Assembly: GCF_964188315.1 (NCBI RefSeq)
Contig: NC_135662.1
Span: forward strand, 868,001-932,000
Direction of reading: 5' to 3'
DNA from: Podarcis muralis
Taxonomy: Eukaryota
DNA: 64,000 nt
Shown piece by piece: positions 35,501 to 43,300 of this stretch. The notes under the pieces were generated by a model that was not told the origin of the DNA, did not search any database, and saw only the letters and a program-made list of their open reading frames with translations. Each line of letters opens with the position of its first letter. The first letter of the stretch is position 1. Both the position numbers and the translations under genes were made by a program.

Positions 35501-38500
35501 GCCTCGCCAAGATCCTGGGCTTTCTGGAGGAGAGGGACGTCCGCTCCATGCTGCTCCACATCGCCATCCGCATCCGGCCCTTCTTCGATAGCGTAAGCGC
35601 TTCCGGGAGGGGAAGCTGGCCTGGATCATGCCCTGGGCGAGGGGCTGCTGGGGCAGAAGGCAGCTCAGCCCCTGGGGGAGGGGGGGGGAGGAACAGCATG
35701 CCAGAGCTCTTCCTAAGGCAGGTTTGGATCCTTCCCTACTGGTGGGGATCCTGGTCTGTGGCTGGGGGGGAGCTTGTGTTTAATAATAATAATAAATTTT
35801 ATTTATACCCCGCCCTCCCCTGCCAGAGCCAGGCTCAGGGCGGCTTACAACAGTAAAAACATAATAGGGAAAAGAAAAGAAAAGAATTTAAAATACAGGT
35901 TAAAATGCAACCTCATTTTAAAAGTAGCCCATTGATCTAAACCAGAAGGGGAGGGAAACATAAAGGTCAGACTGAGTCCGAACCGAAGGCCAGGCGGAAC
36001 AGCTCTGTCTTGCAGGCCCTGCAGAAAGATGTCCAGTCCCGCAGGGCCCTGGTCTCTTGGGACACCACCCTGAGGAGGCTGGATGGCAGAGGACAGGCAG
36101 GGCCCTCCCTGGGACGCTTTTGCCACAGCCCAACAGCTGGCGCTGCTTCGCTTGCAGGAGAAGCACGAGCTCCGCCGGTCGTCCATCCTCCTCTTTGGCC
36201 ACCTGACCAAGTTCAGTGCTGGCAGCTGCGAAGAGGCTTTCTTTGAGCAGATCCTGAATGGGCTGGTCACTCTGCTGCTTCACCTGCAGGACCCAAAGCC
36301 AGAGGTCGTCAAGGTGCGTCTCTCTTCGGTTGGAGGGGCTGTGGCTGGCACAGGGGGGTGGGATTTGCTCTTGGGGCAGCTGACAGCCCCCCCCCCCCGT
36401 GTCCTCCTTGCAGGCTTGCAAGTTTGCCCTGCGCCAGTGTGGCCCCAGCATGGGCTGCCCCGTCCTATGCGACATGTTCCAAAACCACCTCCATGAGGAC
36501 CGGAGCCTCCACTATGGCGAGTTCATGAATGACGTCTGCAAACACCTGGTGAGTATGAAGGGGGGGGTAGCGGAGACCCTGCCTGAGCAGAGTGCATGGC
36601 CCCCAAGCCCTCCCTCCGAGGTGGCACAGCAAGGAGCCCCACTCTCGGCCTCAGAAATGTTTTTACTTTCCCTCTTTGTCCAGAGACCCCCTCTTCCTCC
36701 CTGGGCAACTGGCAGCCACCTTTCTAAATTTTACCAAGTCTGTCTCTGGACCACTGCAATGCTTTTATTATCATCTACCCCCCTGTGCTTTTTGGTTTTA
36801 ATGTTTTGAAAGTCACTCGGGTATATTTCTAGTGAGTGCCTAGCAAGTCTAATAAATGATATTTTTAAAAAGCAGTTAAAAGGCAGGAAAAACCACCTTG
36901 GTTTATGCCAGGCCAGATCCCCAAAGAAGCAGGTAGCCTCACGCAGCCCGAGGGTTGAGATAACCCAGATGGCAAAGAGCAGCCCTGGTGCCCTGGCTGA
37001 AAAGGCCCCGCTGCTCATGCCCGTCTTCCAAATCGGACGCTGAGCAGGGACTCGGGCGTTTGCCCTGAGAGCTCAGCCGGGCTCACGGGGGTGGGAGCCG
37101 TTCTTGAGAGGTCCTGTTTAGGGCTTTAAAGGACTCCAAAGTGGGTTGGGGAACAAATGGGGTGGCCAATGGAAGCAGAACACCCCTTATTCTTGGTGGT
37201 GTTGGGGGGGGTGGAGAGGAGAGACCTCTGCGCTCCCTTCCTCCAGCTCTGGTGGGGCCGGGGGGGGGGCAGGTGGACGGACTCTCCTCCTGAGGGGGGG
37301 GGTCTCCCCTCCAGCACCGACTGCTCACCTCCGCTGGGTCTCCCCTCCCTCTTGGCAGATGCAGTCTTACCCCGACACGCTGAGTCGCCTGGTGGCCACA
37401 AACCTCTTCTACTTCAAGAGCAACTGGCCAGACATCCGGGCAGCTGCCCCCATGTTCGTAGGTGAGGCGGGCGAGGGGCACCCTGGGCAGAGCGGTTCCT
37501 GGCCACCCCTTTGTCCCCCAGCTGGGGGGGCATCAGGGGATTTGGCCCTTCTGTTGCCCCGAGCGTCACCCTCTTGCCCTTCCCTTCCAGGCTTCCTTGT
37601 TCTCCACGTTGACAGAGAGCACAGCCAACAGCTGGACCTGGATGAGCTCATTGCCGGTGAGTCTCAGGGCTGGCGCAGGACGCTTTGCCGCCCGAGGTCT
37701 CCCCTCCCCCCCCCAGGTGGTTCCTGGTGCCCAAGGCCAGCTCCTGTCCCTTTGGCAGCTGAGGCCGGTCTTCCCACTGTGGTGCCCATTCAGGGTACTC
37801 AAAATTGGGTGCCCCCTGGCAGGGGTGAGGGTGGCAGCTCATGGGGGGCTTTTCCTAGGCTTGCCTTGTGCCCTTGCAGCTGGGCACTCGGGTTCTGGGG
37901 CAGAGGCAGCCTGCAGGGGTGCAGGTGGCAGAGGCTGGCAGGGAAGTGTCTCCACCTGAGGTTCAGTGGAGGCAGAGTCGGCCTTGACACCCATCTCGGA
38001 AAGGTGGAAAATGCAGGTCATGTACCAAGCATGTATGCTGCACTAATGGGCCAAATGTTCTCCTTCTCTTCCTTGGGGACCATCGCCCCCTTTATTGGTC
38101 TTCCTATACAAGGAGGTTGTTAATGAGGGTTGTGTCTATGGGGAGGTGGGAACTGAAGAGAGCTGGAATCCTTCCTGCAAAGTGCAGACAGCACATGGCC
38201 AGGGACCACCCAGGCACTGCAGACGAGGGCTGCCTGTCCTTTGGGTGGGACCTGGGGGTCACCTGCACCTCTGGCTGCCCTCAGGCATGCTGGGGCTGGA
38301 GGCCCAGCGATGTGAAGTGGGGCGATCAGACATGCCCAGCGCATGTCCCTCCCTGAGCAGGGACCTGCCATTCAAAGCGCAGCAGAGGAAGCCAGTTTGA
38401 GTAACGAACTTTCCTGGATTTCGGGGCTGTTTTTCCTTGTCAGCAGTGACCTCATCGCTTCGAGTAAGACTCGGAAAATCTCTGAGCTTTCCAGCAGAGC

Positions 38501-39223
38501 TTAAAAACCACTAAAAAAGGGAAAACTATCTTTCCGTTGGCTGTTGGAGTGGTCCTGAAGAGAGGCCCGTCTGTTTGCCGGAGTGGGGGATGCAATTTGG
38601 GAGCGGGGAGGCCAGGCTCCGGATGGGGTCACCGCAGCTTCCCGTATTGAGCGGGAGGCGCTCTGCCTGCCAGCGCCCCCGGGGGGAGCTCCTGCAGCTG
38701 GCCAGTGCTGAGCCACGGGAAGCGGCTCTGCACATAAATCAGGCCGCCTCGTTCGCTCTGCAGGGACGCGAGAGTCTCGGATTTGCAGTGTAAACATGCT
38801 ACTGGAAAAATATTATTGTATCTCTGCTGCTCGAGAGGAACTCTTGGCGTGCGCTCCCCTTCGCAGTTGGGTCTGTGCCAGCAGGCGGAGCGGCCCAGGG
38901 CCCTTCAGAGGCTCTGGCGGGGTTTGCCAGGCTGCGTGCTGTCTGGCCCTCCAGGTCACAGATTGGGGCTCTGGCTCCCAAGCAGGATAGGGCCCAGTTG
39001 GGGGTCTTGGGGTGGAGGAGACTGAGGGCACCCGGGAGGCCGAGGATAATAAGGGCCACTTGGGCCCAAGCTTGCGTCTTGCGCAGCGAAGGGAGTCGTT
39101 CGGCTTGTTGCTGACGGGCTCTGCTTCCCACCCCCAGCTCTGACTGTGCTGCTGAAGGACCCCGTGACAGCCGTGCGGGTGAAGGTGGCCGAGACCCTGG
39201 GCCGCCTCGTCAGGATTGCTTGA
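478..39223 (+). CDS. MROH1: Maestro heat-like repeat-containing protein family member 1 (HEATR7A), 5'-partial, 39 coding exons
   Basis: Exons read by hand, all GT-AG: 478-640, 903-1001, 3236-3387, 4738-4878, 5240-5332, 6232-6310, 12911-13024, 14091-14164, 15509-15628, 15974(or 15983)-16093, 16660-16804, 17180-17220, 17889-18030, 18468-18520, 20251-20358, 20609-20728, 20872-20994, 21829-21975, 22112-22138, 23455-23577, 23997-24076, 24412-24544, 25005-25100, 25383-25487, 27141-27276, 28090-28202, 28455-28607, 29192-29346, 30211-30376, 31252-31448, 33056-33193, 33829-33943, 35025-35171, 35404-35592, 36158-36313, 36414-36548, 37359-37461, 37591-37656, 39138-39223 (TGA). Total 4653 nt with consistent phases. 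Peptides such as WQQAASNVLVAVG, LRLAVVEALGPMSHLLPSE, VKRAVVQLISAMAHHGYLEQPGGEA, NFLYKCIG, VLGIKVETK, LLHIAIRIRPFFDS and LLKDPVTAVRVKVAETLGRLVRIA match MROH1 as I recall it. Synteny with BOP1/SCX agrees. Confidence 0.96.
1849..2146. mobile_element. hAT-type MITE
   Basis: TIRs caggggtcagcaa ... ttgccgacccctg. 8-bp TSD tttgaatg / cttgaatg (7 of 8 match). Confidence 0.8.
2335..2633. mobile_element. Palindromic MITE, possibly PIF/Harbinger-like
   Basis: Arms 2447-2473 and 2498-2524 match at 25 of 27 nt as reverse complements, and pairing extends outward. Ends gcttatccacac / gtgcagagaagc. Confidence 0.6.
3712..3951. mobile_element. Tc1/mariner (Tigger/pogo-like) MITE
   Basis: TA flanks on both sides. 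Ends cagtcatacctc ... gaggtcccactg. Related to 7996-8216. Confidence 0.75.
4480..4700 (+). mobile_element. Probable L1 3' UTR remnant with A-rich tail
   Basis: AT/purine-rich block ending aataaaaattaattaaaaaat in otherwise GC-rich intron. Confidence 0.4.
5474..5520. repeat. (AAT)n microsatellite abutting solo LTR copy 1
   Basis: Seen directly. Confidence 0.9.
5523..6139 (-). mobile_element. Solo LTR, copy 1
   Basis: Colinear and similar to 14728-15381. TG...CA ends. On the minus strand: CACGTG (5727), CCAAT box (5692), TATA-like TGTAAAAA (~5670) and AATAAA (5652). No TSD seen; the left flank is an (AAT)n run. Confidence 0.75.
7800..8294 (+). mobile_element. Old degenerate L2 3' end, interrupted by a MITE and abutting the young L2
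   Basis: Encodes GRAFSVVAP at about 7805-7832. Tail-like tacactgccttgga...gaacggcagcttataa at 8240-8290. Confidence 0.55.
7996..8216. mobile_element. Tc1/mariner (Tigger/pogo-like) MITE
   Basis: TA|cagtcctacctcggg ... cccgagcatccactg|TA. Confidence 0.78.
8295..8680 (+). repeat. Three tandem ~132-bp GC-rich monomers at the L2 5' end
   Basis: Units start at 8295, 8427 and 8558. Each has (CTG)n, gagtgtt, ccgctccc, ccatctggcctaggggg and gcctgcactca. Confidence 0.92.
8961..11993 (+). CDS. L2 LINE ORF2: apurinic-like endonuclease plus reverse transcriptase, 1010 aa, uninterrupted
   Basis: APE motifs NARS, CVTETW, VYRPP, GDFNIH, LDLVF, SDH. RT motifs YRPVSNLPFLGKVIE, QSGFR, LLDLSAAFDTIDH, GVPQGSVLSP, YADDTQ. 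L2-type C-terminus RLDYCNAL...LQLIQNAAARL...HITPVLRDLHWLP. Confidence 0.95.
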   Translation: MAGAGSTGGNVLGHPISVITGRRRSYAKTRPCHYRGGRFSRWLRTIPASRSGPDRKDTGISKGNPHDLKVLLCNARSMMNKTTAIHDLIVDGGFDLACVTETWLDEADGPVLAAACPPGFSYAQQPRSCGRGGGVAVIFRKSLVCTRRPIGKTQFSECMFWKLGNRGSTGFLLVYRPPRCTKDSLPELLQVVADMLLETPSLVVLGDFNIHADTTLQGAARDFVESMASMGLSLNKFGPTHSRGHALDLVFTSTDVGDLTLSKSETKEVPWSDHFLVQLDFSATLPLCREGGPIRMVRPRHLMDPIGFQRVVGDVLSQVDGLSADSLVARWNAELTRAIDCLAPKRPLRLHGARTAPWFSPELRVMKQSLRRLERRWRKTHSESDRTRARAQRRAYQVAMATAKRAFFTASIASAENSSRRLFQVVRNLSEPPAPPGPGRDPKISCNAFAKFFADKVAQIQKEVDSTVGAGPGWESARVLSGPVTWDQFQSVTSEDVDRLLGQVKPTTCLLDPCPSWLIKASREGLGDGLCGVVNASLYEGAFPDPLKEAVIKPLLKKTSLDPANLANYRPVSNLPFLGKVIERVVARQLQARLEDADHLDPFQSGFRPHHGTETALVALVDDLRRARDKGESCFLVLLDLSAAFDTIDHNILLDRLEGLGAGGTVIRWFRSFLLGRVQKVVVGDECSDPWALTCGVPQGSVLSPMLFNIYMKPLGEIIRGFGLGVHQYADDTQLYLSFKSEPVKAVKVLCECLEAVGGWMAANRLRLNPDKTEVLFLGDRGRAGVGDSLVLNGITVPLKDQVCSLGVILDSQLSMEAQVNSVSRAAVYQLHLVRRLRPYLPADCLARVVHALVISRLDYCNALYVGLPLKVTRKLQLIQNAAARLVTGSGRRDHITPVLRDLHWLPVRFRAQFKVLVLTFKALNGLGPVYLKERLHPHRSARTLRSSAEGLLAVPSLREVRLQGTRQRAFSVVAPALWNALPADVKAMNNYFTFKSHLKAALFREVFNV
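13306..13512. mobile_element. Degenerate hAT-type MITE
   Basis: cccaacctttttttggccatgcccc ... gcccccctgtgggaaacccc ends. Confidence 0.45.
14728..15381 (-). mobile_element. Solo LTR, copy 2, with 5-bp TSD
   Basis: Termini TGTAG...CTACA. Perfect TSD CTCTC at 14723-14727 and 15382-15386. Same CCAAT/TATA-like/AATAAA order on the minus strand. Confidence 0.85.
17481..17730. mobile_element. hAT-type MITE, same family as 1849-2146, right end degraded
   Basis: Starts caggggttggcaagg and shares gccggttcactcc.gcagagat with the 1849 copy. Confidence 0.6.
18575..18850 (-). mobile_element. Probable L1 3' remnant
   Basis: AT-rich block with purine-rich gaaagaggggggagtcaaa core on the minus strand, resembling the other L1 3' UTRs here. 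Confidence 0.4.
19057..19299 (+). mobile_element. tRNA-derived SINE, Squam3-like, full length
   Basis: Box A-like tggtgtggtgg and box B-like ggttcacgtct. CORE-like cctcacagagtgtttgttgtg. L2-like tail gagccgctttgag...ggcgggatatcaaat followed by (CTT)n. Confidence 0.85.
19700..19880 (+). mobile_element. L1 3' UTR fragment with poly(A) signal and A tail
   Basis: Ends gaataaatttattttaaaaaaataa. Homologous to the inverted copy at 19881-19971. Confidence 0.65.
19881..20165 (-). mobile_element. L1 ORF2 C-terminus and partial 3' UTR
   Basis: Minus frames encode KWVDYAEMAKVTGRIRNQEDQNFNKE and then FIIYLKNHCKQLKSSVGLE* (stop at 20019-20021), which looks like a reptile L1 ORF2 end. Confidence 0.7.
21230..21602. 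mobile_element. Tc1/mariner MITE
   Basis: TIRs ttttcgctccataagatgcac ... gtgcgtcttatggagcgaaaaatacag|TA. The left terminal bases are lost. Confidence 0.75.
22570..22745 (+). mobile_element. tRNA-derived SINE, Squam2-like
   Basis: tagcccagtg..gagcatctgc...ggttcaatccc head; gtagggttgggagagac, gccagtgtaggcaatactgagct, tataaggcagct body and tail. Confidence 0.7.
24077..24411 (+). other. U12-type (minor spliceosome) GT-AG intron of MROH1
   Basis: 5' splice site GTATCCTTT; branch site CCTTAAC at 24394-24400, 11 nt before the end of the 3' CAG; no long pyrimidine tract. Phase-2 junction gives the in-frame peptide FLV|VLEP. Confidence 0.88.
25538..25898 (+). mobile_element. 5'-truncated copy of the young L2 family
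   Basis: Aligns to about 11735-12101 of the full element and ends in an (ATT)n tail. Confidence 0.9.
26170..26339 (-). mobile_element. L2 3' fragment, same family, more diverged
   Basis: Reverse complement of the L2 3' UTR (cagagtggttggggcaacccagtccgatggg) and ORF end. Confidence 0.75.
26340..26830 (+). mobile_element. Rex1/Babar-clade LINE 3' fragment (interior possibly interrupted)
   Basis: Encodes DSHPGHHLFNLLPSRRRYRRIISRTNRLKNSFYPWAVRLLN*, typical of Rex1/Babar. Ends ttgtacaatgacaataaag plus TAT/CAT repeats. Confidence 0.7.
28327..28446 (+). mobile_element. L2 3'-tail fragment immediately upstream of an MROH1 splice acceptor
   Basis: ttggaagtcgcccagagtggctggggaagcccagccggatgggcggggtacaaataataaatt(att)n, then accaacag|exon. 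Confidence 0.85.
28770..28880 (-). mobile_element. CR1 3' remnant
   Basis: agaattgtagaattggaagagacc...gtctagtccaaccccct, the reverse complement of the common CR1 3' end. Confidence 0.5.
28991..29118. mobile_element. Palindromic hAT-type MITE
   Basis: gtccccagatg..ggactacaactcccatcatcc / ggtgatgggagttgtagttcaacatctggggac arms. Confidence 0.75.
29823..30156 (-). mobile_element. 5'-truncated copy of the young L2 family
   Basis: Minus frame encodes KERLHPHRSARTLRSSAEGL...RAFSVVAP...KAELFREAFN, with an (ATT)n tail at the left end. Confidence 0.9.
34200..34360 (-). mobile_element. Degenerate tRNA-derived SINE head
   Basis: Reverse complement ggagctaagaggcagagc...gcatgcag..gtcccaggttcagtcccc. Confidence 0.45.
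35781..36070 (-). mobile_element. L2 3' fragment (second family, same as 1-330)
   Basis: Minus frame encodes SQETRALRDWTSFCRACKTELFRLAF. Tail gggcggggtataaataaaattt(att)n. Confidence 0.8.
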
Positions 39224-39745
39224 GGGCCTCCGAGCATCCCGTGTGGGACCCTGGCAGGACGTCTTCACCGGACGATCTTCCTCCCTGCTGCACCTCACGT
39301 CTTCCACAGCACTCACTGAACGCCGTCTGCCTGGGGCAGGGGAGGCCCACGACCCCAGGACTCTTCCGGCGGTGCCGCGCCCCCCACTTGTACAGTCCAT
39401 AGTCACGTGTCCCAAACGCACCCCCCCCCCCGAGGGACAGGCCAGAGCTGCTCTGCATGAGCCGGCTGGTCCAGGCACCAGAGCACAGAAAAACCCTTTC
39501 CAGTGCTGCCTCTTCCACCCCCACGGGCTTCTCCCTCTCTCCCCACATCAGGTGTGGACTATCTGCTGCTCTTAACACAGATCTGGGACTTTGGGGAGAA
39601 GCGGGGGCACTTCTCCCACTGTGCACAGAGGAACTGGCAAGACCCCTCCCCTCCTGCACTCTCCTGCCCCTTCCAAGAGCTTCCACAGGTTCATCCATTG
39701 TTCCTCTCAGTAGAATTTGTACATAAAACCAGACAACCTATTTTT

Positions 39746-39751
39746 AATAAA
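39746..39751 (+). terminator. MROH1 polyadenylation signal AATAAA (a second candidate lies at 40094-40099)
   Basis: First AATAAA about 520 nt after the MROH1 stop, followed by T/GT-rich sequence. Confidence 0.6.
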
Positions 39752-39924
39752 GTATTTGCTTCTCAGAAATGCTGTGTCAAGGCTTCTTTGGCTATTGGGA
39801 ACCAGTACTTTGCAGAGGATTTTGTAGACCTGCTCTGGAGGGTAGGACTCGAACCCATGGCTTTGAGTTACCAAAAAGGAGATTCCAACTTTCTGAGGGT
39901 AAGAGCTGTTTGACAAGTAGGTCA

Positions 39925-40040
39925 GGCTCCCTTGGAAGGTGGGGGCCTCTTTAAGCAGAGGTTGGATGGCCTCCTGAGAGGGATGCTTAATTGAGATTCC
40001 TGCATTGCACCGGGTTGGACTAGATGACCCTCAGGGTCAT
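39925..40040 (+). mobile_element. CR1 3' remnant between the MROH1 and BOP1 3' ends
   Basis: aagcagaggttggatggcc...ttcctgcattgca.cgggttggactagatgaccctc. Confidence 0.6.
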
Positions 40041-40214
40041 GCACAGCTGTATTCCGGTGTAAAGGTGTAAATGGGTATAGAAAATTAATTTATAATAAAA
40101 ATAGTTGAGCAGGAAGACCTTCCTTGAGGCCGCCGCCAGCTCTGCCCTCTATTTTTTAGGAATCCTTCCCTTCCTGGGACAAAGGAGCCCATCCACGATC
40201 ACGTATCTAAACCA

Positions 40215-40220
40215 TTTAAT
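40215..40220 (-). terminator. BOP1 polyadenylation signal ATTAAA
   Basis: Plus-strand tttaat about 100 nt downstream of the BOP1 stop codon. Confidence 0.55.
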
Positions 40221-40317
40221 CATAAAACAAGTATTTCAGGCTTCAGTCTCTGCCCAGGGCACTTCCGCTGCCCTGGGAAAGCGAGTCAGGATGCGCAGTC
40301 CCACCCGGGGAGGGAGG

Positions 40318-43300
40318 TTACGTGAAGAGCCGGACGGTGGCATCTGCGCCTGCAGAGAAGACCCAGGGCTGGCTGGGGTGGAAGACGACGTCCAGGACCC
40401 CCAGGTCGTGGGTCAGCGCGTGGCCCTTCAGCACTTTCACCGGAACGATGAGCGGATTCTGAAGCAGGTCACTGCATGGGGGGGGGGGGGGAGAGTTTGA
40501 TTCCCTCTCACACACTGGCTCTTATGCAGGAAGGTTTTCCCCAACCATTCTTCCACCCCCACCCTCCCCCTCCTACTCACTTGTAAACCATGCCATGGCA
40601 AACGATGACGCTGCCGTCGTCTGAGCCAGAGGCAAAGAGCGGGTAGTGCGGGTGGAAAGCCACGGCCCTCAGCGCTGCCTTGTGGTGCCTGCCGGGAGAG
40701 AGAAGGTCAACCTCATCCAGCCACGGCGGTGCTCCTCTGTTGCTTCGCAAGCCCCAGCGGGAGAACCTCCGTGCAAGGAAAGGGGTGGGGGGTTTCTTTG
40801 CCTCTCACTCCTCCTTCTGCCAGCAAGCATGTGTGAGAGGGAGACGCAGTAATCTGCGCAAAAGTGAGTCTACAGTGGGATAGAGGCAGGGAGTCTGGCC
40901 AAGGGAGGTCAGCCTCGCACTCGAGCAACTATCCCAAGGGGCGGCCACTGTAAGATCCCTTTCAGGGCCATTCCCAAGACAACAGGGCACCACCGCCTTG
41001 CGGGCAACCTGTTGTGCTTCTCTGCATGGGGAGGGGAAGATTCAGACAACCAAAAGTGATGCTGGCAAATGGGGGCGTGAACTGAGATCCATCCAGCTTC
41101 CACTGGGAGGCAACAGCTGGAGTGGATACAGGAGGGGGCTGGACCTGCCTGCCCGTCTCTGCAGCCACACAGGCGGTGGAGGAGGAGGAAGAGAGTGTCG
41201 CCTTGCCAGTCAAGGGCAGCAGCAGCAGCAGGTCTTTGGGTGGTTGGAATGGGAAGGGGGGAGCCTAGAGGCCCTCTACCCAGATCCGCCTTGGCCCTGC
41301 ACCCATCCCTGGCTTCTCTGCTGACTGACCTCAGCACCCGGTAGGGCTTGGTGGACAGGTCCAGATCAAACCAGGCGAGTTTGCTGTCGTAGCTGCCACA
41401 GATCAGGTTGTCGCCTGAGAGGAGAAGGAAGCAGGGAGCCTTCAGCAGGGGCCTCTCCCCCTAAGGACTCCCAAGCGCTGCAGCTCCAGTCTGGCCCCAG
41501 CGGGCAAGGGCAGCACCCAGGGGAGGGGAGGCATAACATCCTCTGGGGCAGTGGGCAGGCACCTCCCCCTTGGAGGGCCCACCACGCCCACCCCTGTCCA
41601 GCTGCCCCCCCCCCCGTGTGCCAAGTGGGTCTTCCCCGTGGACGCTGCTCACCTGCCGGATGGAGGGCCATGCTGGAGACCCACTGGCAGTTGGCGTGCA
41701 GCTTCTTGGTGAGCTCCTGCTTGAGGAGGTTGTAGACGCGGATGAAGCGCTGCGTGGCCACGAAGAAGAAGGGCCTCAGCGGGTGGAAGAGGACGCGCTG
41801 CACTTGGCCCTTGCTGCGCCGGAAGGGCGCCTGGCTCCAGCGCTTGCTGGCCTGGTGGATCAGCACCTGCAGGTGGCTGTTGTCCTGCACCACCGTGGCA
41901 AAGTAGTCGCCTTTCGCGTGCCAAGTCACCTGCTTCAGGGACTGCAGGAGAGAGGGAGGCAAGACAAGGTTCTGAGTGCTCACACAAAAATCATCACAAG
42001 CACCGTTTCTTAGATGAGACATAAATAAGGTTCATTAGCAGAGAGGGGGCTCCCCTCCTTGCTTTGGGCTTAGCAGAGCAGGGACAAGGCTAGTGGGCAT
42101 AGCAATAGCCTCCTCCCACCCTGGGCTTCAAAGCCCCCCTTCCTCTCCTCGGGTACCTTCCCATGCCGGACAATGAGGCGCACGCCCCGGCTCCTCTCCT
42201 CTCCGGTTGCCTCCTCCCAGGTGACAGGCTGTGGTCGCTCCTCCTCGGGGGGCACGTAGGCATCCAGGAGCTGGTCAGTGGCCCCATAGAGCAGCTTGTC
42301 CCCAAGGCTGGGGTTCACCAGCAGCACCGACTGCTCCCTGCAAGGTGGGGAATGGAAAACAAAGGTGAGGAGGAGGACATTGTGCTTGCTGAGTCCCAGG
42401 GGCGCAGAGAAGCAACGGTCCCAACCAATGCTGCCCTGAGGTGGGTCTGCAGAAGCCCCCAGGTGAACCCTGGGGTGTGGCACAAGGGCACCCTGGCTGG
42501 GCGGGAGCAGAAGGGGCTCCTCAAGTCCCACGTTCTGGGGCCAGTTTCACTGGCTGTTCTGAAAGCTGCCAAAAGGGGGCATGCAAACATTTTAACAGAA
42601 GGAACCAGAGGCCGGCCAGACGTGCCACAGGTTCCCCACAAGCAGGACTTGATCGGAGTAAGTAGCCCTCTTCTGCCGTCCACCCGCCCAAGCCCTTTGG
42701 TGGCACAGGCTGTCCCTGCCCCTGGACCTCCCATCCAGCCACCCTGCGCAAGATTGCCCTTCCTCCATGAATGAACTCTCACAGCCCTCTTTTGGAGCTG
42801 CCTAAGTGGGTGCTCAGTGCATCTTGCAGCAGCAACAGACCCCGGCAGTGGGGGACATGCTGTGTGAAGAAGGGGCTCCTCCTCTTTCTCCTGCGTCTCC
42901 TGGCAAGCAGCTTCATGGGACGACCTCCCTCTCTCCCTGCCCCGAGTTCAAGGATCCTGGGGGTGTCTGTGCATTTGTCCTCTCTAAAGAGTTCACAAAC
43001 TACGCTGTCACCTCCCCCACTCCTTAAGAGTGGCCCCATGCAGAAGGGCACCATCTCCTTTTGAGGAGGTGGCCAGAACCGTGCTCAGCATCTCTAGCTG
43101 AGCTGCCACAAGGCTTGCGTAAATGCCCTGCCAGGGTGACATGGGCCCTTTTGCTTGCGACCGCTTCCCTAAGGACAGCAAGCAGGAGCCGGCCTTTCCC
43201 TTAGGATCCCTTTTGTGCCCTTCACCCAGCCAGAAGAGCCCCGTCCGCAGATCCTTCAGAGACCCTGCTGCCTTCCCTCCTCCGCCCTGGCTGGTCCCAG

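Noticed and set aside
37146-38123. 325-aa ORF, and similar long ORFs such as 27941-28768, 23705-24319 and 22975-23700
   Set aside because: These are MROH1 exons read through GC-rich, stop-poor introns. Only the exon segments resemble MROH1.
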